Shown here piece by piece: positions 39,108-48,950 of a DNA stretch of 64,000 nt. The number at the start of each line of letters is the position of its first letter. Position 1 is the stretch's first letter. The notes under the pieces were generated by a model. It saw only the letters and a program-made list of their open reading frames with translations, was not told the DNA's origin and ran no database searches. Origin of the DNA: Chlorobiales bacterium (lineage in GTDB: Bacteria; Bacteroidota; Chlorobiia; Chlorobiales; Chlorobiaceae); contig JAKSDC010000019.1 in assembly GCA_022360275.1 (NCBI GenBank), positions 2,529-66,528 of the forward strand, written 5' to 3'. The position numbers were made by a program, and so were the translations under genes.

Positions 39108-40855
39108 TAAGCGTTCTTAAAAGCCTTCTGCAAATCGTCCGTCCTTACCAGTGGTGGATGCTGCTTGCCGCCGTCATGGGGTTCGCCACGGTCGGCAGCG
39201 GTATCGGTCTGCTTGTTTCATCCGCCTACATCATCGCAAAAGCCTCGCTTCATCCTCCTTTTACGGAGCTTCAGCTTGGCATTGCAGGTGTCAGGTTTTT
39301 TGGTATTGCCCGTGGCGTATTACGTTATATCGAAAGGCTTGTCTCACATAACACAACCTTTAAAATCCTTTCGAAACTACGGATCTGGTTTTACGAATCT
39401 CTCGAACCGCTTGCCCCGGCAAGGCTTATGCACTACAAAAGCGGTGATCTTCTGCAGAGAATAACGGGAGATATCGACACACTTGAAAACCTTTACGCCC
39501 GTGTGATAGCGCCTCCACTGACAGCTTTGATGGTTTCCGTTCTTCTCTGGATTCTCATGGGGAAATTCTCCCTTATGTTTTCTGTCACACTGTTTTGTTT
39601 TCAGGCTGCCGCCGCTGTAGGAATCCCCCTGTTTACCGGATACCTGAACCGGGGAACCGCATCAAAAATCTCGGCTCTGCAAACAGAGCTGCAAACAAAA
39701 ACACTTGATTGTATTCAGGGTATCGGCGATCTCATGCTCTTCAACCGTCTTGACGATCATATCCGGAAAATCCATGAATTGAAAAAACGCGAGCTCGCCC
39801 TGCAGAGAAAACAAACCCTTATTCAGAAATCCCACGAGTCGCTCACAGGGCTGCTGATGAACGCAGCAGTGCTTGTGCTGTTATGGATGCTTGCACCCGA
39901 AGTGTCTGCAGGGAACATTAACGGGGTCTATACGGCGGTAATTATCATTGCAGTCATGGCATCATTTGAAGCGTTTCTTCCCTTGCCGGACGCTGTTCAG
40001 CATCTTGAAGCCAATGCAACAGCTGGCAAAAGACTGTTTGAAATCGTCGATGCGCAACCTGCAATCATCGTGCCCGAATCCCCCGAAAAATTTCCTGCCG
40101 ATTCTACAATCCGTTTCGAAAACATCACGTTTTCCTACCCGGAAACAAGTTTTCCTGCTCTTTCAGAGGTATCGTTTACCATCCGTGAGGGAGAAAAATT
40201 CGCTATCGTAGGCCCGAGCGGCGCTGGGAAATCAACGATAACCAGCTTGCTTTTGAGATTCTGGGATCCTGCACAGGGAAACATCCATATAGGAAACAAA
40301 AACATAAGGCACCTCGATCCGGAGGTAATCAGGAAAAATACCGGCATCGTCGACCGGAAAACCTATCTTTTCGGCACCACCATACGAGAAAACCTGCTCC
40401 TTGCAAAACCGGATGCAGACGATGAAGAACTGAAGCAGTCACTGTTATTCGCCGGACTCGGATCGTTTACCGCCAAACTTGACAAGTGGGTAGGGCAACA
40501 TGGCATGAATCTGAGTGGGGGTGAAAGACAAAGAATGGCAATTGCACGGATGCTCCTGCAGAACGCACCGGTTATCGTGCTCGATGAAGCAACTGCAAAT
40601 CTCGATACACTAACCGAAAAAAGCGTGATGTACAGCATCCTTGAGCTCTGCCGTCAGAAACCCGCGAAAAGCTTGCTGGTGATCACCCACCGGCTGCGCG
40701 ATATGGCACAGTACGACAAGATAATCGTTCTCGAAAAGGGAACTATCGTGGAACAGGGGTCACATGATGAGCTTTTGAAAAATAACGGTCTCTACGCTTC
40801 CATGTGGTCACTCCAGCACCGGCTAAACCCGCCAGAACTTCTGACCGGCTCATGA
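39104..40855 (+). CDS. cydC: Thiol-reductant ABC exporter subunit CydC
   Basis: GVRFFGIARGVLRYIERLVSH, GPSGAGKS, LSGGERQR, LDEATA; ATGA overlap with cydD. Confidence 0.93.
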   Translation: MISVLKSLLQIVRPYQWWMLLAAVMGFATVGSGIGLLVSSAYIIAKASLHPPFTELQLGIAGVRFFGIARGVLRYIERLVSHNTTFKILSKLRIWFYESLEPLAPARLMHYKSGDLLQRITGDIDTLENLYARVIAPPLTALMVSVLLWILMGKFSLMFSVTLFCFQAAAAVGIPLFTGYLNRGTASKISALQTELQTKTLDCIQGIGDLMLFNRLDDHIRKIHELKKRELALQRKQTLIQKSHESLTGLLMNAAVLVLLWMLAPEVSAGNINGVYTAVIIIAVMASFEAFLPLPDAVQHLEANATAGKRLFEIVDAQPAIIVPESPEKFPADSTIRFENITFSYPETSFPALSEVSFTIREGEKFAIVGPSGAGKSTITSLLLRFWDPAQGNIHIGNKNIRHLDPEVIRKNTGIVDRKTYLFGTTIRENLLLAKPDADDEELKQSLLFAGLGSFTAKLDKWVGQHGMNLSGGERQRMAIARMLLQNAPVIVLDEATANLDTLTEKSVMYSILELCRQKPAKSLLVITHRLRDMAQYDKIIVLEKGTIVEQGSHDELLKNNGLYASMWSLQHRLNPPELLTGS

Positions 40856-40876
40856 CCTTCTAAAACAAACTTTCTG

Positions 40877-41755
40877 TCAGCTAAAAACTATGGTCTTTCG
40901 CCCATTAACCAGAACCCTGTGCTCTATGTGGGAGGACACGGCTCTTGTCAATACTATACGTTCGAGATCTCTTCCTTTTCTTATGAGATTCTTCAACGTG
41001 TCCTTGTGAGAGATTCTGATGATATCCTGCTCGATAATGGGACCTTCATCAAGTTCACCGGTCACGTAGTGGCTGGTGGCACCGATTATCTTGACCCCTC
41101 GCTCAAATGCCTGCCGGTAAGGGTTCCCACCGGAAAACGCCGGAAGGAAAGAATGATGAATATTGATGATCCTGCCGGGAAAAGCATCGACAAGCTGTGA
41201 AGTAAGCACTTGCATATACCTGGCGAGCACTACGGTATCGACACGATTTTCTTTCAGCAGGGACAACTCCCTGCGTTCCTGCTCCAGTTTGTTTTCAGGA
41301 CTTATGGGAAATACATGAAAAGGAATGTTGTATTGTGCGGCAAGTGTTTCCAGGTCCTTGTGATTGGAAACGATAAGCGGTATTTCCATCGCCAGTTCGC
41401 CTGTTCCGTGCCGCCATAAAAGCTCCTGAAGACAATGTTCGTATTTCGACACAAAAATCGCCGTTCGAGGCTTCTCGTGAGACAAATGGATTTTCCAGTC
41501 TGCCCGGAACTCTCTTGCAAGAGGCCTGAAAGCATCCTCGATTTCCTCGGAAGAGATCGAAAAACCATCCATGTCCCAGGCTACCCTGATAAAAAACATC
41601 CCCGATCCGGTATCGACATGTTCATCCAGATCAAGAATATTGCCCTGGCGCTCGAAGATAAAATGGGAGATCCGTGAAACAAGCCCTATGCGATCGGGAC
41701 AGGAAAGCAGCAAAATCGCCGTTGAATTATGCTGATCCACGGTAAAAACAGACAA
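40877..41755 (-). CDS. purU: Formyltetrahydrofolate deformylase
   Basis: ACT domain SCPDRIG, VLARYMQVL, INIHHSFLP, GATSHYV, GPIIEQD. Confidence 0.96.
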   Translation of the reverse strand: MSVFTVDQHNSTAILLLSCPDRIGLVSRISHFIFERQGNILDLDEHVDTGSGMFFIRVAWDMDGFSISSEEIEDAFRPLAREFRADWKIHLSHEKPRTAIFVSKYEHCLQELLWRHGTGELAMEIPLIVSNHKDLETLAAQYNIPFHVFPISPENKLEQERRELSLLKENRVDTVVLARYMQVLTSQLVDAFPGRIINIHHSFLPAFSGGNPYRQAFERGVKIIGATSHYVTGELDEGPIIEQDIIRISHKDTLKNLIRKGRDLERIVLTRAVSSHIEHRVLVNGRKTIVFS

Positions 41756-41877
41756 GTTGATTAATAAAATAAGGCCCTATGAAATGAGCATACCGGCACC
41801 ACGAAAAAAACATACCGTATGATATCTCAATCAAGAGATAATGTAAAAAGTTCAATGCCGTGCAGTAACAAAAGCGA

Positions 41878-42570
41878 TTGCGGGGCGTCATGACACATAT
41901 CAAAAAATATCGACTTCTCCCAGGCAGATTTGGCAGAATAGCCGACTTTTTGCTTAATTTTCTCATGTCAAAAAACGTTTCAGCAATCACAGGTCTTGTC
42001 ATTCTGGCCATCCTCTGTACTGCAAGCTATATCTGGCTTGACCGTCCGCTTACCGAATTCTTTCTTGACTTCAGGGAAAGTATGCTATACCTAGCTTTCA
42101 AGCAGGTTACGCGACTTGGAGAATCTCAGTGGTATCTTGTCGGCGGGCTCCTTATGTGGCTTTTTTACAGAAAAAAAGATATGCGTATAGCAAATGGCGG
42201 CCTTTTGCTGTTATACTCAGTTGCACTGTCAGGAATTATCACCATCATCCTTAAAAGTTTCCTGGGCAGAGCGCGGCCTCGACTCTATGTCCATGAACAG
42301 ATTTACGGATTTGATTTTTTTCATATCGAGTACGTTTGGCTCTCTTTTCCTTCCGGCCATGCAGCAACCGCACTGAGCGCAGCTTCCGCAATCGCCCTTA
42401 TTTTTCCACGTTACAAAACGTTTTTTTATCTCGTTGGAATTACCATTGCAGCAAGCAGAATCATACTTGTTCAGCACTGGCTCAGTGATGTCATAGCCGG
42501 TTCATTCCTTGGCCTTGCTGTGACACTGCTGCTTTATGACAAACACTTCCGGAAGACCATGCATGATTAA
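41878..42570 (+). CDS. PAP2 membrane phosphatase (LpxE-like or Und-PP phosphatase)
   Basis: All three PAP2 motifs intact: KSFLGRARP, SFPSGH, SRIILVQHWLSD. Confidence 0.9.
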   Translation: MRGVMTHIKKYRLLPGRFGRIADFLLNFLMSKNVSAITGLVILAILCTASYIWLDRPLTEFFLDFRESMLYLAFKQVTRLGESQWYLVGGLLMWLFYRKKDMRIANGGLLLLYSVALSGIITIILKSFLGRARPRLYVHEQIYGFDFFHIEYVWLSFPSGHAATALSAASAIALIFPRYKTFFYLVGITIAASRIILVQHWLSDVIAGSFLGLAVTLLLYDKHFRKTMHD

Positions 42571-44143
42571 CCATTTTGAATCATCCTCCCGCCGGGACAT
42601 TGCCCTGCTGGCCGCTCTTTTCACAATCAGTTTTTTTGTCGGACTGGGCTCTAGCCCCCTTTTTGACGTAGACGAAGGAGCTTTCAGCGAAGCAACCCGC
42701 GAAATGCTGGCAAGCGGTAATTACCTTACAACCTACCTTTACGGAGAACCTCGCTTCGACAAACCGATACTGATCTACTGGCTGCAGGCATTGAGCGTAA
42801 AACTTTTCGGGTTGAATGAATTTGCTTTCCGCCTTCCATCTGCGCTTGCGTCTACGGCATGGGGAATTGCCATCTATCTTTTCAGCCGCAGAATGTTTGA
42901 CAGACATACAGCCTTCATTGCTGCTGCTGTCATGGCCCTTTCTCTTCAGATCACCATCATCGGCAAAGCAGCAATCGCCGACGCACTGCTCAACTGTATG
43001 CTTGCCGTCAGTATGTTCGCGGTGTTTCTGTACTTTAAGGAGCGAAAGCGGGCGTATGTCTTTCTTGCTTTTGCGGCAACCGGTATTGGAGCCTTGACGA
43101 AAGGACCGGTAGCCATACTGATTCCTTTCGCCGTCTCTTTTATCTTCTTCCTCTCCCAGCGTGACCTTCGAGCATGGCTCAAAGCTGTTTTCAATCCGGC
43201 GGGTATCGTCATCTTTTCCTTGATTGTTTTGCCGTGGTATACCCTTGAATACCTTGACCAGGGAGCGGCATTTATTGAGGGCTTCTTTTTCAAGCACAAC
43301 ATCGGCAGATTCAGCAACCCGATGGAAAAGCACGGCGGCGCAATTTGGTATTACATCCCTGTTCTACTCCTGGGCATTTCACCTTCTACAGCGCTACTTA
43401 TACCGGTTTTTCGAAAAATACGATCCCTGGTCGCCGATCCCCTGAGCAGCTACCTGCTGATTTGGTTCGGCTTTGTTTTTATCTTTTTTTCGCTTTCGGG
43501 AACAAAACTACCCCACTATATCATCTACGGCTATACCCCTCTCTTCATTCTTATAGCTCAAAGCCTGCGATCGGTCAGCAGGATCTTCCTGATCAATCTC
43601 TGGCCTTCTGCCATCCTTCTGTTGCTTGCATGTGCCCCCGTGTTCATCGAACATATCCGCACAGACATACACGACCCCTATATCGCTGCTCTTCTTGAAA
43701 GCGGATTATCCCTCATGAAAACTTCCGGCCATACGCTTATCCTTTCAATCGCGGCAGTTGCTGTCACCGGACTTTCATTTGCCCCGGGCTTGTCGGTTCA
43801 GAACCGATTTATTGCAGCAGGCGCCATCTTTTGCCTGGCCATAAATCTCCACATCATGCCCCTTGCTGCCAGAATAATGCAGGAGCCGGTAAAAGAAGCC
43901 GCGCTTATGGCAAAAGCCCGGGGCTATAAAATTGTTATGTGGAAAATCAATAACCCTTCTTTTTTAGTATATTCCGAAACTCTGACCGAAAGGCGGAAAC
44001 CGAAAGCCGGAGAAATTGTCCTGACAAATGTCACACATCTTGAAAAGCTTCAGGATGCTGTCATTTTGTATCAAAAAAACGGCATCGTTCTAGCGAAGCT
44101 TGCAGAAACCGGCAATCAAAACGGAACGCTGACTGATCAATAA
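42563..44143 (+). CDS. ArnT-like GT-C (GT83/PMT_2) glycosyltransferase
   Basis: FDVDEGAF..A.REM, FDKP, LTKGPV; many TM helices; overlaps the PAP2 stop. Confidence 0.88.
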   Translation: MINHFESSSRRDIALLAALFTISFFVGLGSSPLFDVDEGAFSEATREMLASGNYLTTYLYGEPRFDKPILIYWLQALSVKLFGLNEFAFRLPSALASTAWGIAIYLFSRRMFDRHTAFIAAAVMALSLQITIIGKAAIADALLNCMLAVSMFAVFLYFKERKRAYVFLAFAATGIGALTKGPVAILIPFAVSFIFFLSQRDLRAWLKAVFNPAGIVIFSLIVLPWYTLEYLDQGAAFIEGFFFKHNIGRFSNPMEKHGGAIWYYIPVLLLGISPSTALLIPVFRKIRSLVADPLSSYLLIWFGFVFIFFSLSGTKLPHYIIYGYTPLFILIAQSLRSVSRIFLINLWPSAILLLLACAPVFIEHIRTDIHDPYIAALLESGLSLMKTSGHTLILSIAAVAVTGLSFAPGLSVQNRFIAAGAIFCLAINLHIMPLAARIMQEPVKEAALMAKARGYKIVMWKINNPSFLVYSETLTERRKPKAGEIVLTNVTHLEKLQDAVILYQKNGIVLAKLAETGNQNGTLTDQ

Positions 44144-44153
44144 ACCAGACTTT

Positions 44154-45092
44154 ATGAGACTCTCGGTTGTCATACCGTTAATGAACGAGGAAGAGAGTAT
44201 AAAGCCGCTTTTCAAGGCCCTCAAATCGACACTATCCGGTATAGAACACGAGGTGATCATTGTTGATGACGGATCGAGCGACGCAACCGTGGCGATCGCC
44301 AAAAAATATGCTCCTGACAACACGAAAATTCTGATATTCAATAAAAATTACGGTCAGACCACCGCTCTTGCCGCCGGCATAGACCATGCCGAAGGAGAGT
44401 TGATTGCAACCATGGACGGCGACCTCCAAAACGATCCCGCCGACATTCCAGCCATGATTGAATATCTTGTCGAAAACGATCTCGATGTCGTTGCAGGGAG
44501 AAGAACCGGGCGTAAAGACGGCATGTTTCTCCGCAAAATCCCCAGCAGAATCGCCAATGCCCTGATCAGAACCATGACGGACGTTCATATCAGGGATTAC
44601 GGGTGCACCCTCAAGGTTTTCAAAAAAGATGTCGCTAAAAACCTGGGACTCTATGGCGAGCTTCACCGTTTCATTCCGGTTCTCGTTCAGCTTTACGGCG
44701 CAAGGATGGCGGAAATGGATGTCAAGCATCATGCAAGAAAATACGGTGTTTCCAAATACGGCATCGGCCGAACCTTCAAGGTCTTGAGCGATCTGCTCTT
44801 CATGGTTTTTTTTCAGAAGTTCGGGCAGAAACCCATGCACTTGTTCGGAACACTTGGCTTTTTTGCTTTTTTTCTCGGCATTGCGATCAACCTTTATCTG
44901 CTCATAGTAAAACTCACCGGACAGGAGATTGGAGGGCGTCCCCTGTTGATGCTCGGAGTAATTCTGACATTTACCGGAATCCAGTTGATCACTACAGGGT
45001 TCATAGCAGAGTTTATCATGAGAACCTATTACGAGTCCCAGAACAAGAAACCCTACATCATAAGAGAGATCGTTGGCAAAAAAGAGCCTTAG
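44154..45092 (+). CDS. GT2 polyprenyl-phosphate glycosyltransferase (ArnC/RgtE-like)
   Basis: VIP..NEEESI, VDDGSSD, DGDLQND, HRFIP and two C-terminal TM helices. Confidence 0.9.
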   Translation: MRLSVVIPLMNEEESIKPLFKALKSTLSGIEHEVIIVDDGSSDATVAIAKKYAPDNTKILIFNKNYGQTTALAAGIDHAEGELIATMDGDLQNDPADIPAMIEYLVENDLDVVAGRRTGRKDGMFLRKIPSRIANALIRTMTDVHIRDYGCTLKVFKKDVAKNLGLYGELHRFIPVLVQLYGARMAEMDVKHHARKYGVSKYGIGRTFKVLSDLLFMVFFQKFGQKPMHLFGTLGFFAFFLGIAINLYLLIVKLTGQEIGGRPLLMLGVILTFTGIQLITTGFIAEFIMRTYYESQNKKPYIIREIVGKKEP

Positions 45093-46071
45093 CAAGAAAA
45101 AGCTGGCCAGGACAGTTATTCAGATCCTTATATCATTTACCGCACTGTATATAGTCCTGGTAAAAACCGATACGGAACAGCTCCTGGAAATCATCGGCAC
45201 GGCAAACCCGTTCTACCTGATGCTTGCTTTCCTGGTTTTTAATGTCTCGAAAATTCTCAACGCACTCAGACTGAACAGGTTCTTCAGGGCAATCGGCCTC
45301 CAGCTGAAAGAACTTTATAACCTCCAGCTTTACTATCTGGGAATGTTTTACAATATGTTCCTGCCCGGCGGAATCGGCGGCGATGGCTACAAGATCTATA
45401 TTCTGAAAAAAAATCACAGCATGAAAATGGTCAATGTTTTCAAAGCTGTGTTCTGGGACCGCGTTGCAGGAGTCTTTGCACTGGTATTTCTAACGGCTGT
45501 CTTTCTTCTACCAAGCACCTTTGCGGAACTTTACAGGGAATATGTTCCCGCCACTTACGCCGTCATAGCGGTCTCCTACCCGTTCTCATGGCTGCTCACC
45601 AGACTCCTCTACAAACAGTTCAAAAGCATCTTTCTCATTACCGCAGGGGAATCCATACTCATACAGGCCGCTCAGGCGCTCTCGGCCTGGTTTATTCTGC
45701 TGGCCCTTGCCGTACCGTCGAACCACATCGACTACCTTGCAATTTTCCTTGTCTCAACCGCTGCCGTAGTTCTTCCGATTACCGTTGGTGGTGCAGGAGC
45801 AAGAGAAATAACCTTCTTCTATTTGCTCAAGCATCTTGGGCTTGATCCGAACCCCGGAGTCGCTCTTTCGCTGATCTTCTTCGCCATATCAGCCATTTCA
45901 GCACTGATCGGCATGTTCCTGCAGGGACGGTCAGGGGGGAAAAGGGAGGAAAATAATCAAGAAAATTCAACTGATACCATGAAAAATCCGGGCTGCCGGC
46001 AATATCCGCCTCTCATTTTTCTCGCTATTCAACAACATCCCCTATCTTCGATCGAACATCAACGTCCTTAG
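45073..46071 (+). CDS. UPF0104 / lysylphosphatidylglycerol-synthase TM-domain protein (flippase-like)
   Basis: FYNMFLPGGIGGDGYK, DR..G, PITVGGAGARE. Confidence 0.85.
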   Translation: MAKKSLSKKKLARTVIQILISFTALYIVLVKTDTEQLLEIIGTANPFYLMLAFLVFNVSKILNALRLNRFFRAIGLQLKELYNLQLYYLGMFYNMFLPGGIGGDGYKIYILKKNHSMKMVNVFKAVFWDRVAGVFALVFLTAVFLLPSTFAELYREYVPATYAVIAVSYPFSWLLTRLLYKQFKSIFLITAGESILIQAAQALSAWFILLALAVPSNHIDYLAIFLVSTAAVVLPITVGGAGAREITFFYLLKHLGLDPNPGVALSLIFFAISAISALIGMFLQGRSGGKREENNQENSTDTMKNPGCRQYPPLIFLAIQQHPLSSIEHQRP

Positions 46072-46237
46072 GGACTAAAGCGACAAAACTTTCAGCAGAA
46101 ATAAAAATTGAACCCTTTTCGGTATTCAGCGTTACAATATTATTACCCTCTTTTAGAAAATCGCGGCTTTGCGCCTTGTCCTTGAATGTCACAACAATCG
46201 GCTCCTGGCCTTTGATGTGCAAAGTATAGTGAAGCAT
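46025..46237 (-). CDS. Small hypothetical protein (70 aa)
   Basis: ATG-started ORF with a protein-like amphipathic pattern in otherwise non-coding DNA; family not recognised; RBS poorly spaced. Confidence 0.5.
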   Translation of the reverse strand: MLHYTLHIKGQEPIVVTFKDKAQSRDFLKEGNNIVTLNTEKGSIFISAESFVALVPKDVDVRSKIGDVVE

Positions 46238-46689
46238 GGTACAGCATGGTATTACAAATATTCTCCCTGAACGTAATCATTGATAACTATCTTGCGTCCT
46301 AAGGATCATACATGAAGAGGAACAAAAATGCTTTTTTTGCCAAAGCCTGCAAATCAGCACCGGCCCACCGACTCCGTGCAATACCCCACTCTTTGCCGTA
46401 GAACAGCATGCAAAAATAGCATTACACAGAACTTTCTATGGATTAAAGGATACTAAGGGGACTCAAGGTATTTAGCGAAACACTAAAAGCCATTGACCAC
46501 AATATATCTTAAAGCTAAAAATTACACTTCACAGTTATTGATTGGCGTAATTTTAAGATATATTTTGGTAAAAAATAAAAAACTCTCCTTCTTAAACCAA
46601 AAATTCCTTCATACTTCCCTCCTATCTACATCTAAAGCTCGAACTCACCGACAGCAATGACGCACCGCACAAACATCCTGGGCTCGTTA

Positions 46690-47039
46690 CACCTGCAGTC
46701 TTACCTATGACCTGTCCGATTTCCAGAAGCCTTTTTGCCTCGGCAGCCTCCAGGAGGGGCCGCTTCCTGTAGATAACCGGTCTTATTTTTCCTTTTTCAA
46801 GCAACTTGAAAAGTTCCGCCCGGTTTTCAAGAAACCCCCACGCCTGCTGAATCGTGATGCTGTTGTACCATAGAGCCTAAATGATACCATGCGGCAATGC
46901 GTTGATCCGCATGTACTTGGTCAGAACACCATGCATGAAAGGCCAAAAGGGTCGGCAAAGAAATTCCATGTTTGAAATATTCCGCACCCATTCCATTGAA
47001 CACGGCATCGAACCCATCAGGCTCCTGACTGAAAACTGT
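46690..47039 (-). pseudogene. Frameshifted C-terminal remnant of an MDR (zinc-binding dehydrogenase-like) oxidoreductase
   Basis: Segments in different frames: QEPDGFDAVFNGMGAEYF, KYMRINALPHG*, LYGTTASRFSRR, FLENRAELFKLLEKGKIRPVI..PLLEAAEA..LLE.GQVIGK. No N-terminal part. Confidence 0.65.
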
Positions 47040-48758
47040 CTACTCCCCCGGCTCCTCCTCGAACCCCATATCTTTCAGTTTGAGCTGAGTGCTCTTACGA
47101 CCGTTCCATTCGTTTTCTTCAAGGGCGTACACCATGGAGAACATCCTGCGTGACCCCCGTTCAAGCTCACGGTAGATATCTTCCCTGCCAAACGCTATAA
47201 CATCATGAATTTTTCCTGTAACATCTTTCACGGCGAACTTCACATGCTTCCCCTGCAGCAGCCTCGGCAGTCCGGAAAGCCTGAGATTTGAACTTTGGAA
47301 AAGAGGCTCGCGGTTGCCCTGCCCGAATGGACCGAATTGCTTCAACACATTGAGAAATTTGCCGGTGACATCCTCAAGTGATAAAAAGGAATCTATCTGC
47401 AACTCCCTCTGCCGTTGTTCTATCGAAAGTTTTTCAGCGCATATCCGGTCAAACTGCTTACGGAACCCGGGGATGTTTTCCGGTTTAAGCGTAATACCGG
47501 CAGCAGCGTCATGTCCCCCGAACCTCTCAAGAAATCCGCTGCACTGCTGCAGAACATCACAGATATTCAGCCCCTGCACGCTTCGCACGGAACCTTTGAC
47601 TCCCCCCTCTCTGCCGCCCATGATAACTGTCGGCAGATAGTACTTGTCCTGTAAACGGGACGCAACAATTCCAAGAACACCGAGATGCCACTCTTCATGG
47701 TAGAGTACAATCGAGGAACAGAAACTGGCAAAATGCCCTTCAACCATTGTTTCGGCGCTTTTCAACATCTCTGTATCAATCTGCCGTCTTTCCCTGTTTA
47801 GACGATCAAGTTCCGCAGCATGGCCCCTTGCCTCATCCTTTGAACCGGCAATAAGCCACTCGACCGCTTTTCGTGCCGTATGCATGCGGCCTGCAGCATT
47901 AATTCTCGGCGCAATCCCGAAAGCAATGTGCCCTGTGCCAAGAGTACCGGGCTCCACTCCCATCAAGGCAAGCAGTTCCTGAATACCCGCACGAGGCTTT
48001 TTCTGCAAAAGCTCGATCCCTTTGTGCATGTATATTCTGTTCTCTTTTTCAAGCGGCACCATGTCTGCAGCGGTTGCAATAGCAACAAGATCGACATATT
48101 GCTGCCACGTTTCAGGCGGCTTGCCTGTGAACTCGCAGAACGCATGGACAAGTTTCAGTGCCACACTGCAACCACAAAGCTCGCGAAACGGATAACGGCA
48201 GTCCGGTACTTTCGGATTGAGAATTGCATATGCCAAAGGCGGTTTTTCGGGTTCATGATGGTCACAGACAATCACCTCTATCCCCTTGGCTGCAAGCAGC
48301 TTTATTTCATGCCCGGCTTTTATACCACAGTCAACCGTAACGACCAGCGACGTTTTCATCTCCGCTGCATGGGAAACACCTTCCTCGGATAAACCGTAAC
48401 CTTCTGAAAACCTGTCATTGATGTAGTAAGCCACCTCTGCCCCCAGCGACTGAAAAAAAAGATAGAGAAGTGCTGTCCCGGTAGTGCCGTCCACATCATA
48501 GTCACCGTATATGAGGATCTTTTCTCCCGTCTCAACCGCCTTGCAAACCCGATCGACAGCTTTTTTCATGTCCCTGAAAAGAAAAGGCGACGGCAGCCGA
48601 TCGAGATTCGGCCTGAAAAACTCCCTTGCCTCTTCAAACCCGGCAATTCCGCGGTTGCACAATGCCCTTGCAATGGGCATACTGACATTAATGTCACGAG
48701 AAAGCTTCGCGGAAAGTTCTTCGTCAGGTACGAGCACTTTCCATCGATATCGTTTCAT
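47040..48758 (-). CDS. recJ: Single-stranded DNA exonuclease RecJ
   Basis: IYGDYDVDG, TVDCG, DHH, PRINAAGR, GSVRS, GGHDAAAG; start taken as MKRYRW. Confidence 0.96.
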   Translation of the reverse strand: MKRYRWKVLVPDEELSAKLSRDINVSMPIARALCNRGIAGFEEAREFFRPNLDRLPSPFLFRDMKKAVDRVCKAVETGEKILIYGDYDVDGTTGTALLYLFFQSLGAEVAYYINDRFSEGYGLSEEGVSHAAEMKTSLVVTVDCGIKAGHEIKLLAAKGIEVIVCDHHEPEKPPLAYAILNPKVPDCRYPFRELCGCSVALKLVHAFCEFTGKPPETWQQYVDLVAIATAADMVPLEKENRIYMHKGIELLQKKPRAGIQELLALMGVEPGTLGTGHIAFGIAPRINAAGRMHTARKAVEWLIAGSKDEARGHAAELDRLNRERRQIDTEMLKSAETMVEGHFASFCSSIVLYHEEWHLGVLGIVASRLQDKYYLPTVIMGGREGGVKGSVRSVQGLNICDVLQQCSGFLERFGGHDAAAGITLKPENIPGFRKQFDRICAEKLSIEQRQRELQIDSFLSLEDVTGKFLNVLKQFGPFGQGNREPLFQSSNLRLSGLPRLLQGKHVKFAVKDVTGKIHDVIAFGREDIYRELERGSRRMFSMVYALEENEWNGRKSTQLKLKDMGFEEEPGE

Positions 48759-48821
48759 GAGGTCTATACTGTGAGCTTCGGGTACCAATTTTCATCGGTT
48801 TATATAACCATTTCATTACCA

Positions 48822-48849
48822 GCGGGCAAACGGTCTTTTGTTTGCCCGC
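48822..48849. other. Perfect 10-bp stem hairpin between the divergent recJ and fbp genes
   Basis: gcgggcaaac-ggtctttt-gtttgcccgc; no clear U-tract on either strand. Confidence 0.5.
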
Positions 48850-48900
48850 CGTTTCCGGACTCTTTATCCACCTCTTTACCTGCTCTATGCACTTGATTTT

Positions 48901-48950
48901 TCGATTGCGATTACAAGTACCGCTTCACTGAGTACAAGTACGATTATGTA
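48901..48950. repeat. Second copy of the GTAC-rich repeat
   Basis: agtaccgcttcactgagtacaagtacgatt matches the reverse complement of 9086-9115 at 26/30. Confidence 0.7.

Noticed and set aside
46622-46804. 60-aa ORF as an independent gene
   Set aside because: It is the last frame of the MDR pseudogene.
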